Source: Macrostomum lignano
Taxonomy: Eukaryota
Assembly: GCA_002269645.1 (NCBI GenBank)
Contig: NIVC01000035.1
Location: forward strand, 1 to 64,000
Length of the DNA: 64,000 nucleotides
Direction of reading: 5' to 3'
The position numbers and the translations under genes were made by a program. Positions 9,477-23,700 of this stretch are shown in pieces; positions within the stretch are counted from its first letter, which is position 1; every line of letters begins with the position of its first letter. Under the pieces are notes generated by a model. The model did no database searches. It worked only from the letters and a program-made list of their open reading frames with translations, and was not told the DNA's origin.

Positions 9477-11889
9477 TCACACGCGATAAAAAATCTTTCT
9501 ATGGTTGAAAGCCCTCGGACGCTTTTCTCAGGCAAGGAGTTCTATAATTAGCATCTGGAGTGGAAGCGAAGAAATACCCGTTATCTCATGAGGCCAGTTT
9601 TTCTTATTGATTTTTATTACTTTTTTCTCTGTTTTCTGCGGAATCTGTCAAACTCAAAAATGAAGCGACGGAATATTTGCTGGCTAGTGTTTTTATTTAA
9701 AGAATTCAAATTAAAACCAAAAACGAATATAAAATGATAACGTAAAACAGGCAAAGGAGTTTACACAAGACGGAAGTGAGCAGGTTAGATTTTTCAGAGC
9801 AGTGGCATCTCAGACAGAAGTTACTTTGTCATTGACACAAATCGAAGTTACTTATTTGAGCTAGCACTAGAAAGTTTAGCCGACATTCGCTTATTTCGAG
9901 CCCCAGCTCCACCAACCTAAATGTCTTTGACAAGATTTTTCATCATAAAGTTGGAAAATGCACAGACGAGTCCTTCTTTCGCACCATGACACTCCATGCA
10001 CATCGTCTGACCCATGAAATGTTCCAGATAGTAGTTGTCATCCATCATCTCGTCGATAATGTGACAGAACAGCTGCATCTGATTGGGAGAATGCAGTAGC
10101 CGTCTGCGCAGTCCATCGCTCTGCCAGATCTCCTCGAACACCTGCCAATAGTGTCTGGCCAGCCCAAAAGCGATATCAGACGGCTTGGACAGGCCACCGC
10201 GATTGATCTCCTCCAAGAAGGCAATGGCTGGGTGGCCTCAATCCCACCATTAGTCAGTCCCATCACCAATCCCACCTCATGAATCGGCGGCAGATCGTCA
10301 GAGCCAAGCAGAAGGTCGCGGGAAGATCCGCATCCTCGCTTTCTTTGCACGAACTTCCTAGCGACTGCTCCGCTTGTATAGTAAATAACCGTGCAGTCGG
10401 AGCTCAATTCTCAATTCGATTGGCCACATAGATCTTATCAATGATTAGCATCCCAACTCGCTCCATCTGTGTCGACTTGTTGGACGCTCGCAACCGAAGT
10501 TAACTCTGAGAATCTAATCCATCCTTTTCAATTCTCCGAGTGATTGATCGCAGAGTTCTCTTTGATGGAAGCCGAGATTGTTCACGTAGAAGTCCGTATG
10601 CTGCAGCACTTACTGAATAGATCATGTAGCACAAGACCATCAGCTTTCGAAAGGATCTCCTGGAGCTCTTTGGCTTACTGCTCAGCTGCAGCTGCTCTCG
10701 AGTAAAGACACCGACATGTCTTCCTTCTGCTCTAGTGCACTTGTTAGATTGTTGTGGGTCATATCCATGAAGTAAGCAAAAATGTATTCTTAACAGTACC
10801 ATCAGGCAAATTATCCTGGTCAGTCCGTTCAAGATCTTATTTTAAATTCTTGACTCGAGCCGAGCCATCAAATTCACAACTTCACTGATGAAAGAAACCT
10901 TTCTATCTGTGCCAAGCAATTCTATCACAGTGTCTTGCAAACAGTGCCGCGCCTTTTAAACCAAAGGAGACGTACGTTGCGATCGGGTCCAATGCAGATG
11001 GAGCACGCAACCTGGCAGACATGCAATTCACTTCCAGCATGAAGATGCACAGGAACTCGTTGCATATTGCAGTGGGAAAGCCACCCTGGTCTCGCTTCCT
11101 CTGAATCGAGCAGTTCTTGAATTTCTCTGAACGAGCAATTAGAATTGAATCAATAGTAAAGAAAGTCAGCAATCTGATCATCGAGACGCATGTTTTCAGC
11201 CTTCAGACGAGCAGATTATGTCGCAGTGCATGTGCTCTGAGCTGCCTGCTGGACAGTAGTAGGTAATTTGATGCATTAGGAAAGATAGTTGGCACCGCAT
11301 CATGCTTCAAATAACGCTTGGACAGCTGGCTTTCTTTCTTTCTGCCATTGACATCGCTATCAAGTGGAAATTAGCACTTTTATGATTTTTTCCACTTGCC
11401 ACTTGTCTTTGATCGATGGGAAATGAAATCTAAGAAATCTAATTGAATTCAAATCGGTGCCACTTCGTGGCCATGAGTCGTGGCAGCTCTTAAACAAGGT
11501 GTCTATGGTAAAAACCGGAGGACTGAGGGAATTCCACTTTTTTAAGGCTCCATTGAAATCAAACGGAAAATTTTCTTTAAAAAAGTCTCCATTTCTCTCT
11601 ATACAGCATAAGCTATTTCCACCAAATTTAATCTGCATGTACGGCATGCAGGCGCATTGAGATGTATGACAGCTTGAGTAAAAATGTTTCTTTGGAGAGC
11701 CGCTGTGCTCATCTAAAACATTGGCCTCACGTGGTAAAATAGTTTTGACTTTTATTTCTTCGCTTCCACTCCAGATGCTACTTATATAACTTCTTTTTGC
11801 TTGTTCTCAGGCCTCTCGTCTCGCCTTGGCCTGATAAAATCGCATCCTCAGACTTTATTTTCCATAGAACGATTTATTATCGCGTGTGA
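9477..11889. mobile_element. Short inverted-repeat (MITE-like) host element interrupted by the P-like transposon
   Basis: TCACACGCGATAAAAAATCTTTCTATGG (9477-9504) is the reverse complement of 11862-11889 at 26/28 nt. The arms lie just outside the TSD copies. Confidence 0.55.
9533..11803 (-). mobile_element. P-element-superfamily (THAP transposase) internally deleted DNA transposon
   Basis: Perfect 8-bp TSD TTCTCAGG (9525-9532, 11804-11811) and CAAG...CTTG termini. 34-bp inverted repeat TATAA(T/G)TAGCATCTGGAGTGGAAGCGAAGAAATA. THAP remnants FHFPSIKDKW and YLKHDAVPTIFPN; YGLLREQSRLPSKRTL; C-terminal IYYTSGAVARK and INRGGLSKPS. The catalytic core is missing. Confidence 0.85.
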
Positions 11890-14800
11890 TACTATACTTC
11901 ATCGGCTGAATTCCAACGGTGTTTGACAACCCTCAAACAACGCTTAACCAACGCTAACCAACGCTTTATTGATTTATTTTCGATACAATACTCTTACAAG
12001 TAAAAAAGAAGCCCGAAACAAAACGGGCTGGGATAATATTTTTGCATGGTACTACTAACCCTAACTAAACATATAGGCTTATTCAATTTTATTAGTTGTA
12101 AAATAAGTTTCTTGATGGTTCAACAATTCAAGCAATCACTTTAATCTCGTTTTGTGATGGCACTGATGACAGATGAATGAACGAATGTGTCCTTGGCTTT
12201 GGGTGCAATGCGCCTTAATTTATTTCATATATATTTGTATCTGAACAAATCTATGTAATCAAAGTAATTAAGATACATTCTAAATAATGACTAGATCTAC
12301 TATTGAATTAAAACTGGATCGACTGGAACTCTGGAACGGCTATGCAACCCTACGGCCTACAACTACTACAACAACTACGGCGCCCAGGTGACCTAACACC
12401 AAAACACAGGGCATTCGCGTTTGAAATACGATAGGAATTAGCATACAGTAAAACAATAGTAGTGAAGTAAGTACGTACAGTAGGTATCGCGAAAATAGGA
12501 AACTCACTACTGAATAAATACTGACTAAATAATAACACAATAATATTCAAGAACGCAGGATACATGATAAAAAGTGCGGAGATTCAATTGATACATAAAA
12601 ATAAAAACGAATAATTTGTTAACAGTAATTTAGTACAGTAAAACTGTTTTATTAATTGCTTAGGCCCATTTGCCTTCGCTTTCGCGCCGCCGCCGCTGCT
12701 GCTGAACTTTAGATGGGATGGCATAGCGTTTCTATGTAAAATATATAGTGATAAAACATTAGAAGTATAATACTTTGGAAATTGAGTAGAACACATGGCA
12801 GAATGGGATATATTAAAAAAGTAAAATTCAACCATTCTATTTCTATACTCTAACAGTCTAACAAGGCATATGGGAACTTGTTTTGCTTCAGGTGATATTG
12901 GTTTAAAATGGAATAATTTCCTGATTTGATTCTGCATAATTTATTTCAGAAGCACATAGTTGATCATATATTTCAAAAGAATATTCTAATTTAGTAGCCT
13001 AGTCTTTGGGTTCATAAACAATATCTATTTTGTTGCTTTATTTAATTGTTACTTGTATCTTTTAAATTAATCATATAAGGTAGATCTAAAAACTATTTCT
13101 AGTAGGCCTAAACATTAAACAATATAATATAATTATCTCTTTGACATATGAGCTAAGGCCAAGGAGGGGAGACAGAAGAGGGTTCAAAATTTTTGTTGTT
13201 TACATATGAGGTGGGGGCGGAGAAAGAAATTAAAAATTTGAAATGGGGTTGTTCAGGTTTTCTTTGAAACTGGATAGTGTTGCATTCGCACGAATCAAGC
13301 TGGAAATCGCACAGACAAATCGCAATGAAATTCTTCTCCTGTTTTACTCCGACAGCCAGGGTCCTCAAGTTCTGGGGGGAGGGTAGTCGTAATTGGTAGT
13401 CGTAATTGTAGCGGCGAGGTCGTTTAAATCGATGAAACACCATAGTCGGAGATTCCTGACTCTATAAAATAATGCATCATATAGCTGAGTTTGTTACTTT
13501 CAGTAGGGTAGTTGCTGCCACCACCATAATTTACGTATTACAGAATGGATAAGTCTCAGAGCTATCTTTGAGATAAGAACTTGGTTATTTATTTTATGCC
13601 CCACAGGCAAATGACTCAAGAAATACTACGGCTGAATGTTAAGGAATGAAATTAATGGCTAATTTAATAATGCCTGTTATTATTGAGCTTGGTTTAAGAT
13701 AAACAGTAGGCAAGCACAGGATAAAAGATAATATTATTATTGGTTCACAAGAGATGGATTCGCTTGCTGCGGCGCCAGTGCGCTAGGTTGAACTTAATAA
13801 ACGGAACGGTTAATTAATGAAAACAACTATTAAATGGAAGGTGGGGAATCAACAAAATTATAAGAAGAACAAATGGGTCGGACAAAAATAAAAGGAAGGG
13901 GAAAGGTGGTCATGGTGGTGGAGAGTGGTTGAGGAAAACGGCACAAAAAAACGGCATAAATAATCAAAAGAGGATGCTGACAAATACTGGAAACAGACGT
14001 TGGGCAACAAAATTCACAAGATGGAATAGGCTCAAATACGTTGGGACATCGCGCGGATAAACAAAATTCAACATAAGGAATGATGAAAAACAATGAAAGG
14101 ACGCAACTAGGCCATGGAAGGGAAAGGGAGCTGGGCAAACGATGGACAAAAAATTGGGGTGAAAAGACAGTGGATGGGATAGTATATTATAGTTTTGATT
14201 GCACTTTAAATTATTAAAAATTAGGTTCAATCAATTACTTGTGGTATCCCACCTGCCACAACATAAAGAAAAAATTTTAGTAATTTGGTATATTAAATGG
14301 TACATTATTTTTTAATAGAGTCCTCATTTCATGGCAATCAATGCACTTTTATTATTAGTCATATAATGCCTAGACTAGATGCTTAGATAGAACTTGGTTG
14401 GTTGGTCATCTAGCAACTGGGACTAGTTAACAAGGGTAATTACCTTTATTGGACTTAAAATAGTATCTACCTATAGAGTGGCTGCTTGAGCTAGGCCTAA
14501 CAAAATAGATAGTAATCTAAAGTGCTATCAATAGGTCTAAGAATACCTATAAATTTAAGCAAGTTGAAAGCTTCAACATGATAGCTCTTCAAATAAGACC
14601 ATATGCCTTAGTAGCTTTCAATCATTAGGGGTACCAACTAAACTGTGGAAACTGTGTGCAGATAGGCCTATGGAATGGATTACAATCGTTTCAGTGACAA
14701 GACGATTCGGTGACAGTCATTTCGGTGACAAGCAAAAGTTATTTCAATGACAAACAAAAGTCATTTTGGTGACAAGGCTAATTGTTACATTGGGTAGCAG

Positions 14801-15000
14801 ATTTAGAAACATTTATTAAAAATAAAACTTATAAGTTTTTTTCCTTATTTGAGGCCTTACTAAAATGGTTTATCAGTTTTGTATTTCATTTTGTTTTTTT
14901 ACTCTAATGCAGTTTGGTCAATATTTCGTATATGATATATATACCGCATATTATACCCCCTCTGCACCTTGGTTGGATAGTCATTGCTAGAAAAGCATGT

Positions 15001-15549
15001 CTAGACTGTCAACTGACGCTTTGTCTCTAGGTCATACTGGTACACCCACGTCTCATCCCAACTAACAATGTCAAAAACTTTCCTTGATGCTCTGCTAGCA
15101 ATTATCTTAGCATTTTCCCGCACCAGTCCACCTTGACCCATCTCTGCTCCTGTGACAGCAAATGAGGCACCCATTGAGTGCACAGCTTCTGCACTGCAGA
15201 CCTAGGTGTTCATATAGGATATAGTGCACCTGCCCTAATCCAATGCCTAGTTGCAACTGTGACTTGTTGTAGGTTATGTGCCTATTCTGGTTTACCAGTT
15301 GCTCAGCTTCATTGATGTTGTGCTGGGTTATAGCTGTTGAGGGCCAACCACTGCAACCTTCATCATTCAGGCAGGTTGCTGCAAATGAAACTCGCGATAC
15401 CAGTTATACATAGTTGCTTGAGATGGAGACTCATTAGGGAAGGTGGTTGCAAGCCAAGAAAAACATTTTGCTAGCATCAGGTTGCACTTGAAGTCATAGT
15501 ATATCATTGCACAAAAATTGTGATTTTCAAGCTCCATGACTTTTAGCAT
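15001..15549 (-). pseudogene. Decayed, internally deleted mariner transposase
   Basis: MELENHNFCAMIYYDFK...ESPSQATMYNWYREF (N-terminal HTH) and VFDIVSWDETWVYQYDLETKRQ (first catalytic D), in separate short ORFs. Confidence 0.8.
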
Positions 15550-17726
15550 AGGGTGCCTGCTTAATCAGACTGTAACTCAGAGTTAGCTAAGTGAATGGCA
15601 ACAAGACTTAACATGCAATAATGGCAAATAATGAATGCTTGCGAACAAAAAGTTTTACTTCTTCCTTTCCATTCTAAAGACTTTTGGAGTGACCCTCATA
15701 TAAAACCAAGAAACTAGTCAATCTAGACTTGAACTATCTAGTTGAACTATTTAGAATCCAAACTTAAACTTTACACACTTGTGGTCTCTAGAAGTACACA
15801 TGTATATTTATTTTATATCTAGCAAAAAAAATAACTTCAGACCTATTCAAATTTCTTGTTTTCTACTATCAGTAGAGTATCTCAAAGCAGCTTTACTTTT
15901 GAAAACAGAGAAAAAGATTTTCTATCATACCTATAGGAAAAAGTTGTAAAACTGCGGACGGCGCCTGGTATGCTTTCGAAATTTTTCCTAAAGTGCAATG
16001 CATGGATAGGTATGCAGCACTTGTGCACACACTGCCCTATCTTGCTGGCTGCTGCTCTAGCAAATAAATATACATGTAAGATGGTCTAATACCTTCGTGG
16101 AAAAGTCTATACACTCATAATTTCTCATATAATGCTTGGAATTTGGAATTTATAAGAAGTGAATTTCAATTTCAAAAAAAAATTGGAAATCAAAATTTTG
16201 GAATTATGTAAGAGTAACTAAAAATAAACTAATTTTTTTCTATATAACATGTATTTGTTTTGCATAAGTAGTAAATCAAGAGTAAAAAAGTGAGTTTTGG
16301 TCATATTAAACTTTGCTTTTCTGAATTTTGATTTTGGAAAATTTCAATTATGATTTTGAAAATTTAGTGAATTTTTATTTTGACAGAAAATGATTTCTAA
16401 TAATCCTAAAGTACAGTAAAATAATTTGACTTTCTAAAGCACGCATATGCAGGCTTTTAGCACTTATTCCAATATTTAAATGAGAACAATTTATTTGAAA
16501 ATAGGGCCTAAACAGAAACAGAAATAAAGCAGAAAATAAATCCATGTTATAATAGAACTAAATCTGGAGATTTTTTGCATCTGTTATTTATATTCACATT
16601 GATTCCACAAAATAGTAATCCATATCTATATCCACATTTTAGTATGCAAATCCATTCTGCATCCATTTCTGTAGTTTAGTTTGTACCAATCATTAGGTGC
16701 CATGGCTAATTATAGCACATTTTCAATAGTGCAAATAGCCTTTAAATAGTCATCATCAAATATTCTAAAATAGTTCCACAATCTAGACTTTGACTTTAAA
16801 AGGAACTGCATGCTTTTTCCTAGCATTGCCTTTTACTTCTACTTCCATAATGTCAGCATAAAAGATATTTTCTTTTTAAGACTCAGAATCTAGAGTAACT
16901 TCTTATGTTTTAAAAGCTATAAAGCTATAGAGTTGCTTAGAATTAGACAAGAAATAAAGCAAGGGAATGTACTTGAAAAATAGAATAGAAATAAATAAAA
17001 AAACAAGAAACAGCATGTTAGAATTCTGCAATCTTTTTACTAAATAACCAAACTAAAACTTAATTTTTGTTTTTCTAGTCATGATCCCTATTGGAATACA
17101 ATTTCAAATCCTGCAGACACATGGCACAGGTTTATAAACATTATGCTTAGGTATGGTAAATGTTATATATAAATATAACTAATTTTGCAGTAGTGCAACA
17201 TGGCACCAAAATTTAACAACTTTGTGTGGCAGATAGTTGTACACTATGTGCAGTTATTCCAATAGAGGTCATGATAAGAAAAGAACTAAAATAGTGTTTA
17301 AATATAATTTTTTAATGTTAAAATTTAAGAATAAAATCAATATCATACATGCAAGTTAGATAAAGCAATGCTAATATCAAATAGGTTATCCAAAAAACAA
17401 AATGCAAAAGGGTAATTCCACGATAGGGTCCCATCATGTTTTTGAACTTTAAGCACTTGTTACTTTTGAATCATAATAGATAGAACATAGCTGCTTATGA
17501 ATTCTAAAACAACTGAACACATAGCAGAGCATAAACTATGCTGATGGTCGTTTGGTAACTTTTTACATGTTAGTAATGGCACTAATAACATTAAGAAACA
17601 TCATCACAATGTTATGATTCAGAAGAGTTGGCATAACATTTTCAGTGCAAAACTCTCACCCAAACAGATTAAGTGAAAGAAATCATCAGTTTTTATCTAG
17701 CCCCAGGGTAAACAATCAAAGTAGCT

Positions 17727-20700
17727 ATGCGTCGAACTCGCTGTTCAGTGCGTTTCTGCGAAGAGCGAGCCAACTGTGACACTGACCAAGCCATCGCTAG
17801 CGTGCGCTGCGACCAGTGCGGCTCCGACCAATGCGTCAGATGTGACGAGGCCATACACAGCGCAACCAGGTTGTCCCAACACGATCGGGTAGCCATACCC
17901 GAATCGGACAGCTCCGAATTGTGCCAACATGTCGGTTGCAGACGTGCTGTTAACTATGCCGACGTGTACTGTACTATTTGTCAGAGAAACTTCTGCTACG
18001 ATTGCGACGCTAAAGAGCACAAGCAGGCTGGCCGGTCGCATTCTAGGAAATCGTTTGCTCAGCGCCGTGCCGATTTAGCCCTGCTAGAGACCGACAATAT
18101 TGGCGTTGTTGCTGCGCCTACTGCTACTAATAGTAATAGGTTCAATAGCAACAGTCCACCGAGTAGACTGGGCACCGAGCCAGAGCCAGATGATGACGAA
18201 TTTAGTGACGCTGGGGAAATGAATTCAACTAATGCTGATGGTGTCGATAAATTCTATAGTTTGTCAGCCCCTGTCGCTGGGACTATTATTACTGATCAGC
18301 CTGCTAGGTAAGGCTTGCACCGTTTTCCTATGGGCCTGCATTTATGTCTTCCGGAATTACCCTACCTCTCCCTTCAGATTCCCAAAATCACCCCCTCACA
18401 TCCCCAGAACCACCCCTCAGATACCCACATTCGCCAGCCTCAGATCTCCAGAATCACCCCCTCAGATCCCCAGAATCCCCCTCAGATCCCCAAAATCACC
18501 CCCTCACATCCCAGAACCACCCCTCAGATACCCACATTCGCCAGCCTCAGATCTCCAGAATCACCCCCTCAGATCCCCAGAATCCCCCTCAGATCCCCAA
18601 AATCACCCCCTCACATCCCAGAACCACCCCTCAGATACCCACATTCGCCAGCCTCAGATCTCCAGAATCACCCCCTCAGATCCCCAGAATCCCCCTCAGA
18701 TCCCCAAAATCACCCCTCACATCCCAGAACCACCCCTCAGATACCCACATTCGCCAGCCTCAGATCTCCAGAATCACCCCCTCAGATCCCCAGAATCCCC
18801 CTCAGATCCCCAAAATCACCCCCTCACATCCCAGAACCACCCCTCAGATCCCCAGATTCGCCACCCCTCAGATCCCCAGAATCACCCCTCACATCCCCAG
18901 AACCACCCCTCAGATACCCAGATTCGCCACCCCTCAGATCCCCAGATTCGCCACCCCTCACATCCCCAGAATCACCCCTCACATCCCCAGAACCACCCCT
19001 CAGATCCCCAGATTCACCACCCTTCAGATCCCCAAAATCACCCCCTCACATCCCCAGAACCACCCCTCAGATCCCCAGATTCACCACCCCTCAGATCAAC
19101 AGAATCGCCTCCTCAGATCCCCAGAATGACCCCCCTCACATCCCCAGAATCGCCTTCTCAGATCCCCAAAATCACCCCTCAGATCCCCAGAATTCCGCTC
19201 TGAGATCCCTTGAATCACTCCCCAGAATCCCGCTCTGAGATCCAAAGAATGGCCCCATGAATCTCCAGAATCGCCCCATTAAATCCCCAGAATTGCCCCA
19301 TCAAATCTCCAAAATTGCCCTATCAAATCCCCAGAATCACCCCCTCAGATCCCCAGAATCGCCATCCCTCAGATTTCCAGAATCACCCCTCATCCCCACA
19401 ATCACCCCTTCAGATCCCCAAAATCACCCCCTCAGAGCCCCAAAATCACCCCCTCAGATCCCCAAAATCACCCCCTCAGATCCCCAAAATCACCCCCTCA
19501 GATCCCCAGAATCGCCATCCCTCAGATTTCCAGAATCACCCCTCATCCCTAGAATCACCCCCTCAGATCCCCAAAATCACCCCCTCAGATCCCCAGAATC
19601 GCCATCCCTCAGATTTCCAGAATCACCCCTCATCCCTAGAATCATCCCCTCAGATCCCTTAAATCACCCCCTCAGATCCCTTAAATCACCCCCTCAGATC
19701 CCCAGAATCGCCATCCCTCAGATTTCCAGAATCACCCCTCATCCCTAGAATCATCCCCTCAGATCCCTTAAATCACCCCCTAAGATCCCCAGAATCGCCC
19801 CATCAAATCATTAGAATCCCTTTCTCGCTTCACAAGAACCCCCGAGCTCTAAATAATATTTTTTAAACAAATTAAAACTCTTTAAAATTTTGAACGCAAC
19901 GCAGAACGTCTTGGTCGCGCCAGTCGCCGCCCCAACACGACACCATCCCGTCGCCGCCGCCGCTCCCGGCTCCGATCGCCGCTCGACTGATCGACTCTCG
20001 CGAGCGCCTCCTAGTTGATAGCGGCGCCAAGCTGTGCGACCTGCTCGACTGTCCCGAGGTCAATTTCCGGCGCTTGCCTGTCGTGTCAATTGTTGGCAAA
20101 ACTGGAGACGGCAAATCGCACACGCTTAACTTTGCCTTCTTCAACGGGTCCAGCGTGTTTCACACATCGGACGATCCGCTGTCCTGCACCGTGGGCGTCT
20201 GGGCCGCGCTGGGACGGAATAGGCAGTGTCTACTGTTGGATACAGAGGGCCTGCAGGGTGCCGCTACCTCCGTGGCTTGCAGGTGAATTGTTGGATTCAA
20301 TGTACATTAATGACTAGAACGGGTCACCCTCCTAGAGTCCCAGATGCTCAGTTGCTGGGCCAGCCTCCCAGATGCTCAGTGGCTGGGCCAGCCTCCCAGA
20401 TGCTCAGTTGTTGGGCCAGCCTCCCAGATTCTCAGTTGCTGGGCCAGCCTCCCAGATCCTCAGTTGTTGGGCCAGCCTCCCACAGTGTCAGTTGCTGGGC
20501 CAGCCTCCCACAGTGTCAGTTGCTGGGCCAGCCTCCCAGATCCTCAGTTGCTTGGTCATTCACCTCTCTCCATCCCTAACAAAAATCCCGCAGACAAGTG
20601 TCGCTGCTCCTAAAGGTGCTGGCCATCAGCGACATAGTGATCTACCGGGCCCGCTGCGAGCGCCTTCAAGACGACGCTTTCGCCTTTCTAAGCGATGCCA

Positions 20701-23700
20701 GCCGCGCATTTGTCGACGTTCTTCGCCCGGCGTTGATAGAAAAATCTGGCAATCGTTCCGGCGCCTACGACGACTGCGAGGCCGAAGGAGAAGAAGTTGA
20801 CGAAGAGGACACCCGACCGGCCTTGCTGGTGTTTCACGAGACTCGGCACACTCGCACACTTGGCGCTGACCGCGGCGACGGCAAGGAAGACGAGGATGAC
20901 AGCGGCGGAGAGGCTTTTCGGTGAGGCTTCAATAAAGTTTAGAATGCTCTAATAATTGTTAATAATCCCCAAATTTCGTTTTGGTTAATGGTTAGGAGTC
21001 AGGACGTAATCTAAGGATAATTCCTAACCTGGAGATGATCTCCAACCTAGAGATAATCCCAACCTAGAGATAATCTCAATCTACAGATAATACCAACCTA
21101 GAGATAATACCAACCTATAGATAATCCCTAACCTAGAGATAATCCCTAACCTAGAGATAATCCCAACCTAGAGATAATCCCAACCTAGAGATAATCCCAA
21201 CCTAGCGATAATCATAACCTAGAGATAATCCCTAACCTAGAGATAATCCCTAACCTAGAGATAATCCCTAACCTAGAGATAATCCCAACCTAGAGATAAT
21301 CCCAACCTAGAGATAATCCCAACCTAGCGATAATCCCTAACCTAGAGATAATCCCAACCTAGAGATAATCCCAACCTAGCGATAATCATAACCTAGAGAT
21401 AATCCCTAACCTAGAGATAATCCCAACCTAGAGATAATCCTTAACCTAGAGATAATCCCAACCTAGAGATAATCCCTAACCTAGAGATAATCTCAACCTA
21501 GAGATAATCATAACCTAGAGATAATCCCTAACCTAGAAATAATCCCAACCTAGAGATAATCCCAACATAGAGATAATCCCTAACCTAGAAATAATCCCAA
21601 CCTAGAGATAATCCCTAACCTAGAAATAATCCCAACCTAGAGATAATCCTAACCTAGAGATAATCTCAACCTACAGATTATCCAAACCTTGAGATTAACC
21701 TTACGATAATCCTTAATCTTAAGATGATTCTTAATCTACGTTTAGATAAAATCATTTATCTGGAGTTAGCCCTAATCCGAGAATAATTCCATCGCTATTC
21801 GCTAATCACACCCAAAATACAATCCTCAACCTGGACGTAATCCCTTTATTAAAGAGAATCCCCAGGAATCTCCATCCTCATTTTGAATAAATCCCATGAA
21901 TTAATTTTTATCCAGCCGCCGCTACGCCGAACTCGGCTGCCATTCGGACGGTTTTAGTCGACTTGACTATGTCGGCGTTCGCTCCTCGGACAGCGGTGCC
22001 GGCGGCACCAATTTCGAGCCGCTGCGTCATCGAATCGACCGCCTCCTGGCCAGCAGGCGCGGCCGGAAACCCGACGGAGTTGTCAAGCGTCTTCGCCTGC
22101 TGTCCGAGCGGTTCAAAGCTGATGCTAGTCGAGCCAGCCTGCCCGACACTGCCGATGTCGATATGGACGAGTCGGTCGACTCGGCTGCTGAAGAATACGC
22201 CGACGCTGAGAATTTTGTAGCCGCGCCCGGGCCCCAGCCTGCCGAGTATTTCACCTGCCAGGTTGGTTGGCTAGCATCTCTCTGTACTGCCTTGCTCTCC
22301 CTGCCGTAATAATGTAGAATTCCAATTATAGGCGCTAGGCGGCACCGGTTGCTGAGTTCTCACTTGTTTGTCAACTGGTCCTAACCTCACCTGGACCTCA
22401 CCTGTAGATATACACGTAGACACGAAGCTCTATTTCTTGGTCATTAAGTAGCCAGGTTATGTTCTGGTCATTAAGTAGCCAGGTTATGTTCTGTTCATTA
22501 AGTAGCCAGGCTACCATCTGGTTATTAGTAGCCTGGTCATTAAGTAGCCAGGTTATGTTCTGGTCATTAAGTAGCCAGGCTACCATCTGGTCATTAGTAG
22601 CCTGGTCATTAGGTAGCCAGGTTATGTTCTGTTCATTAAGTAGCCAGGCTACCATCTGGTCATTAGTAGCCTGGTCATTAAGTAGCCAGGTTATGTTCTG
22701 GTCATTAAGTAGCCAGGCTACCATCTGGTCATTAGTAGCCTGGTCATTAAGTAGCCAGGTTATGTTCTGGTCATTAAGTAATAAGTAGCCAGGCTACCAT
22801 CTGGTCATTAGTAGCCTGGTCATTAATTAGCCAGGTTATGTTCTGTTCATTAAGTAGCCAGGCTACCTTCTGGTCATTAGTAGCGTGGTCATTACATGTA
22901 AGTAGCCAGGTTATGTTCTGTTCATAGCCAGGCTACCATCTGGTCATTAGTAGCCTGGTCATTAAGTAGCCAGGTTATGTTCTGGTCATTAAGTAGCCAG
23001 GCTACCATCTGGTCATTAGTAGCCTGGTCATTAAGTAGCCAGGTTGGTTATGTTCTGGTCATTAGTAGCCTGGTCATTAAGTAGCCAGGTTATGTTCTGG
23101 TCATTAGTAGCCTGGTCATTTAGTAGCCAGGTTATGTTCTGGTCATTAGTAGCCTGGTCATTAAGTAGCCAGGTTATGTTCTGGTCATTAAGTAGCCAGG
23201 TTATGTTCTGGTCATTAGTAGCCTGGTCATTTAGTAGCCAGGTTAGGGAGTACGAGATTTGCTAGCCGAAATCTGCTAGCCGAAATCTGCTAGCCGAAAT
23301 TTGCTGACCGAACTTCTTGCCACCGGTGTCAGAAGATTGCTTGTTTTCTGGCAATGGTAATGCATGGTTTTAGTTAAAAAAAATCCAGAGAAGTGGGTCA
23401 AATTCCCAAATATTCTATATAACTAAAAGCATCAGCATCAGTTCAAGTGCTTGGAAAGTCAGTTTGCCATTGTGGGGGGATAGAATTCCTTACTAAACTG
23501 TCATGGCTAAACATTAGCAGAGAAGGCTATAAAAAGTCTCTAGCTAATAAAACTTCCTGAGTTCGGCTAGCCAAATTGCTGCTTAATTACCGGTTTTGGT
23601 TGGATTCTCACTAGCAGATTTCGGCAAGCTAAATCCTCGCTAGCAAAATTCCTGCTAGCAAACTTCGGCTAGCAGATTTCGGCTAGCAAACCTCGGCTAG

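Noticed and set aside
12340-14230. Short ORFs (12584-12937, 13153-13443, 13830-14230)
   Set aside because: No recognisable domain or consistent splice sites. 13340-13395 resembles 59683-59730 (inverted), suggesting a repeat remnant, but ends could not be defined.
18232-19748. Pro/Ser/Gln-rich ORFs of 115-323 aa
   Set aside because: Translations of the ZFYVE1 intron-1 minisatellite; the gene splices cleanly around them.
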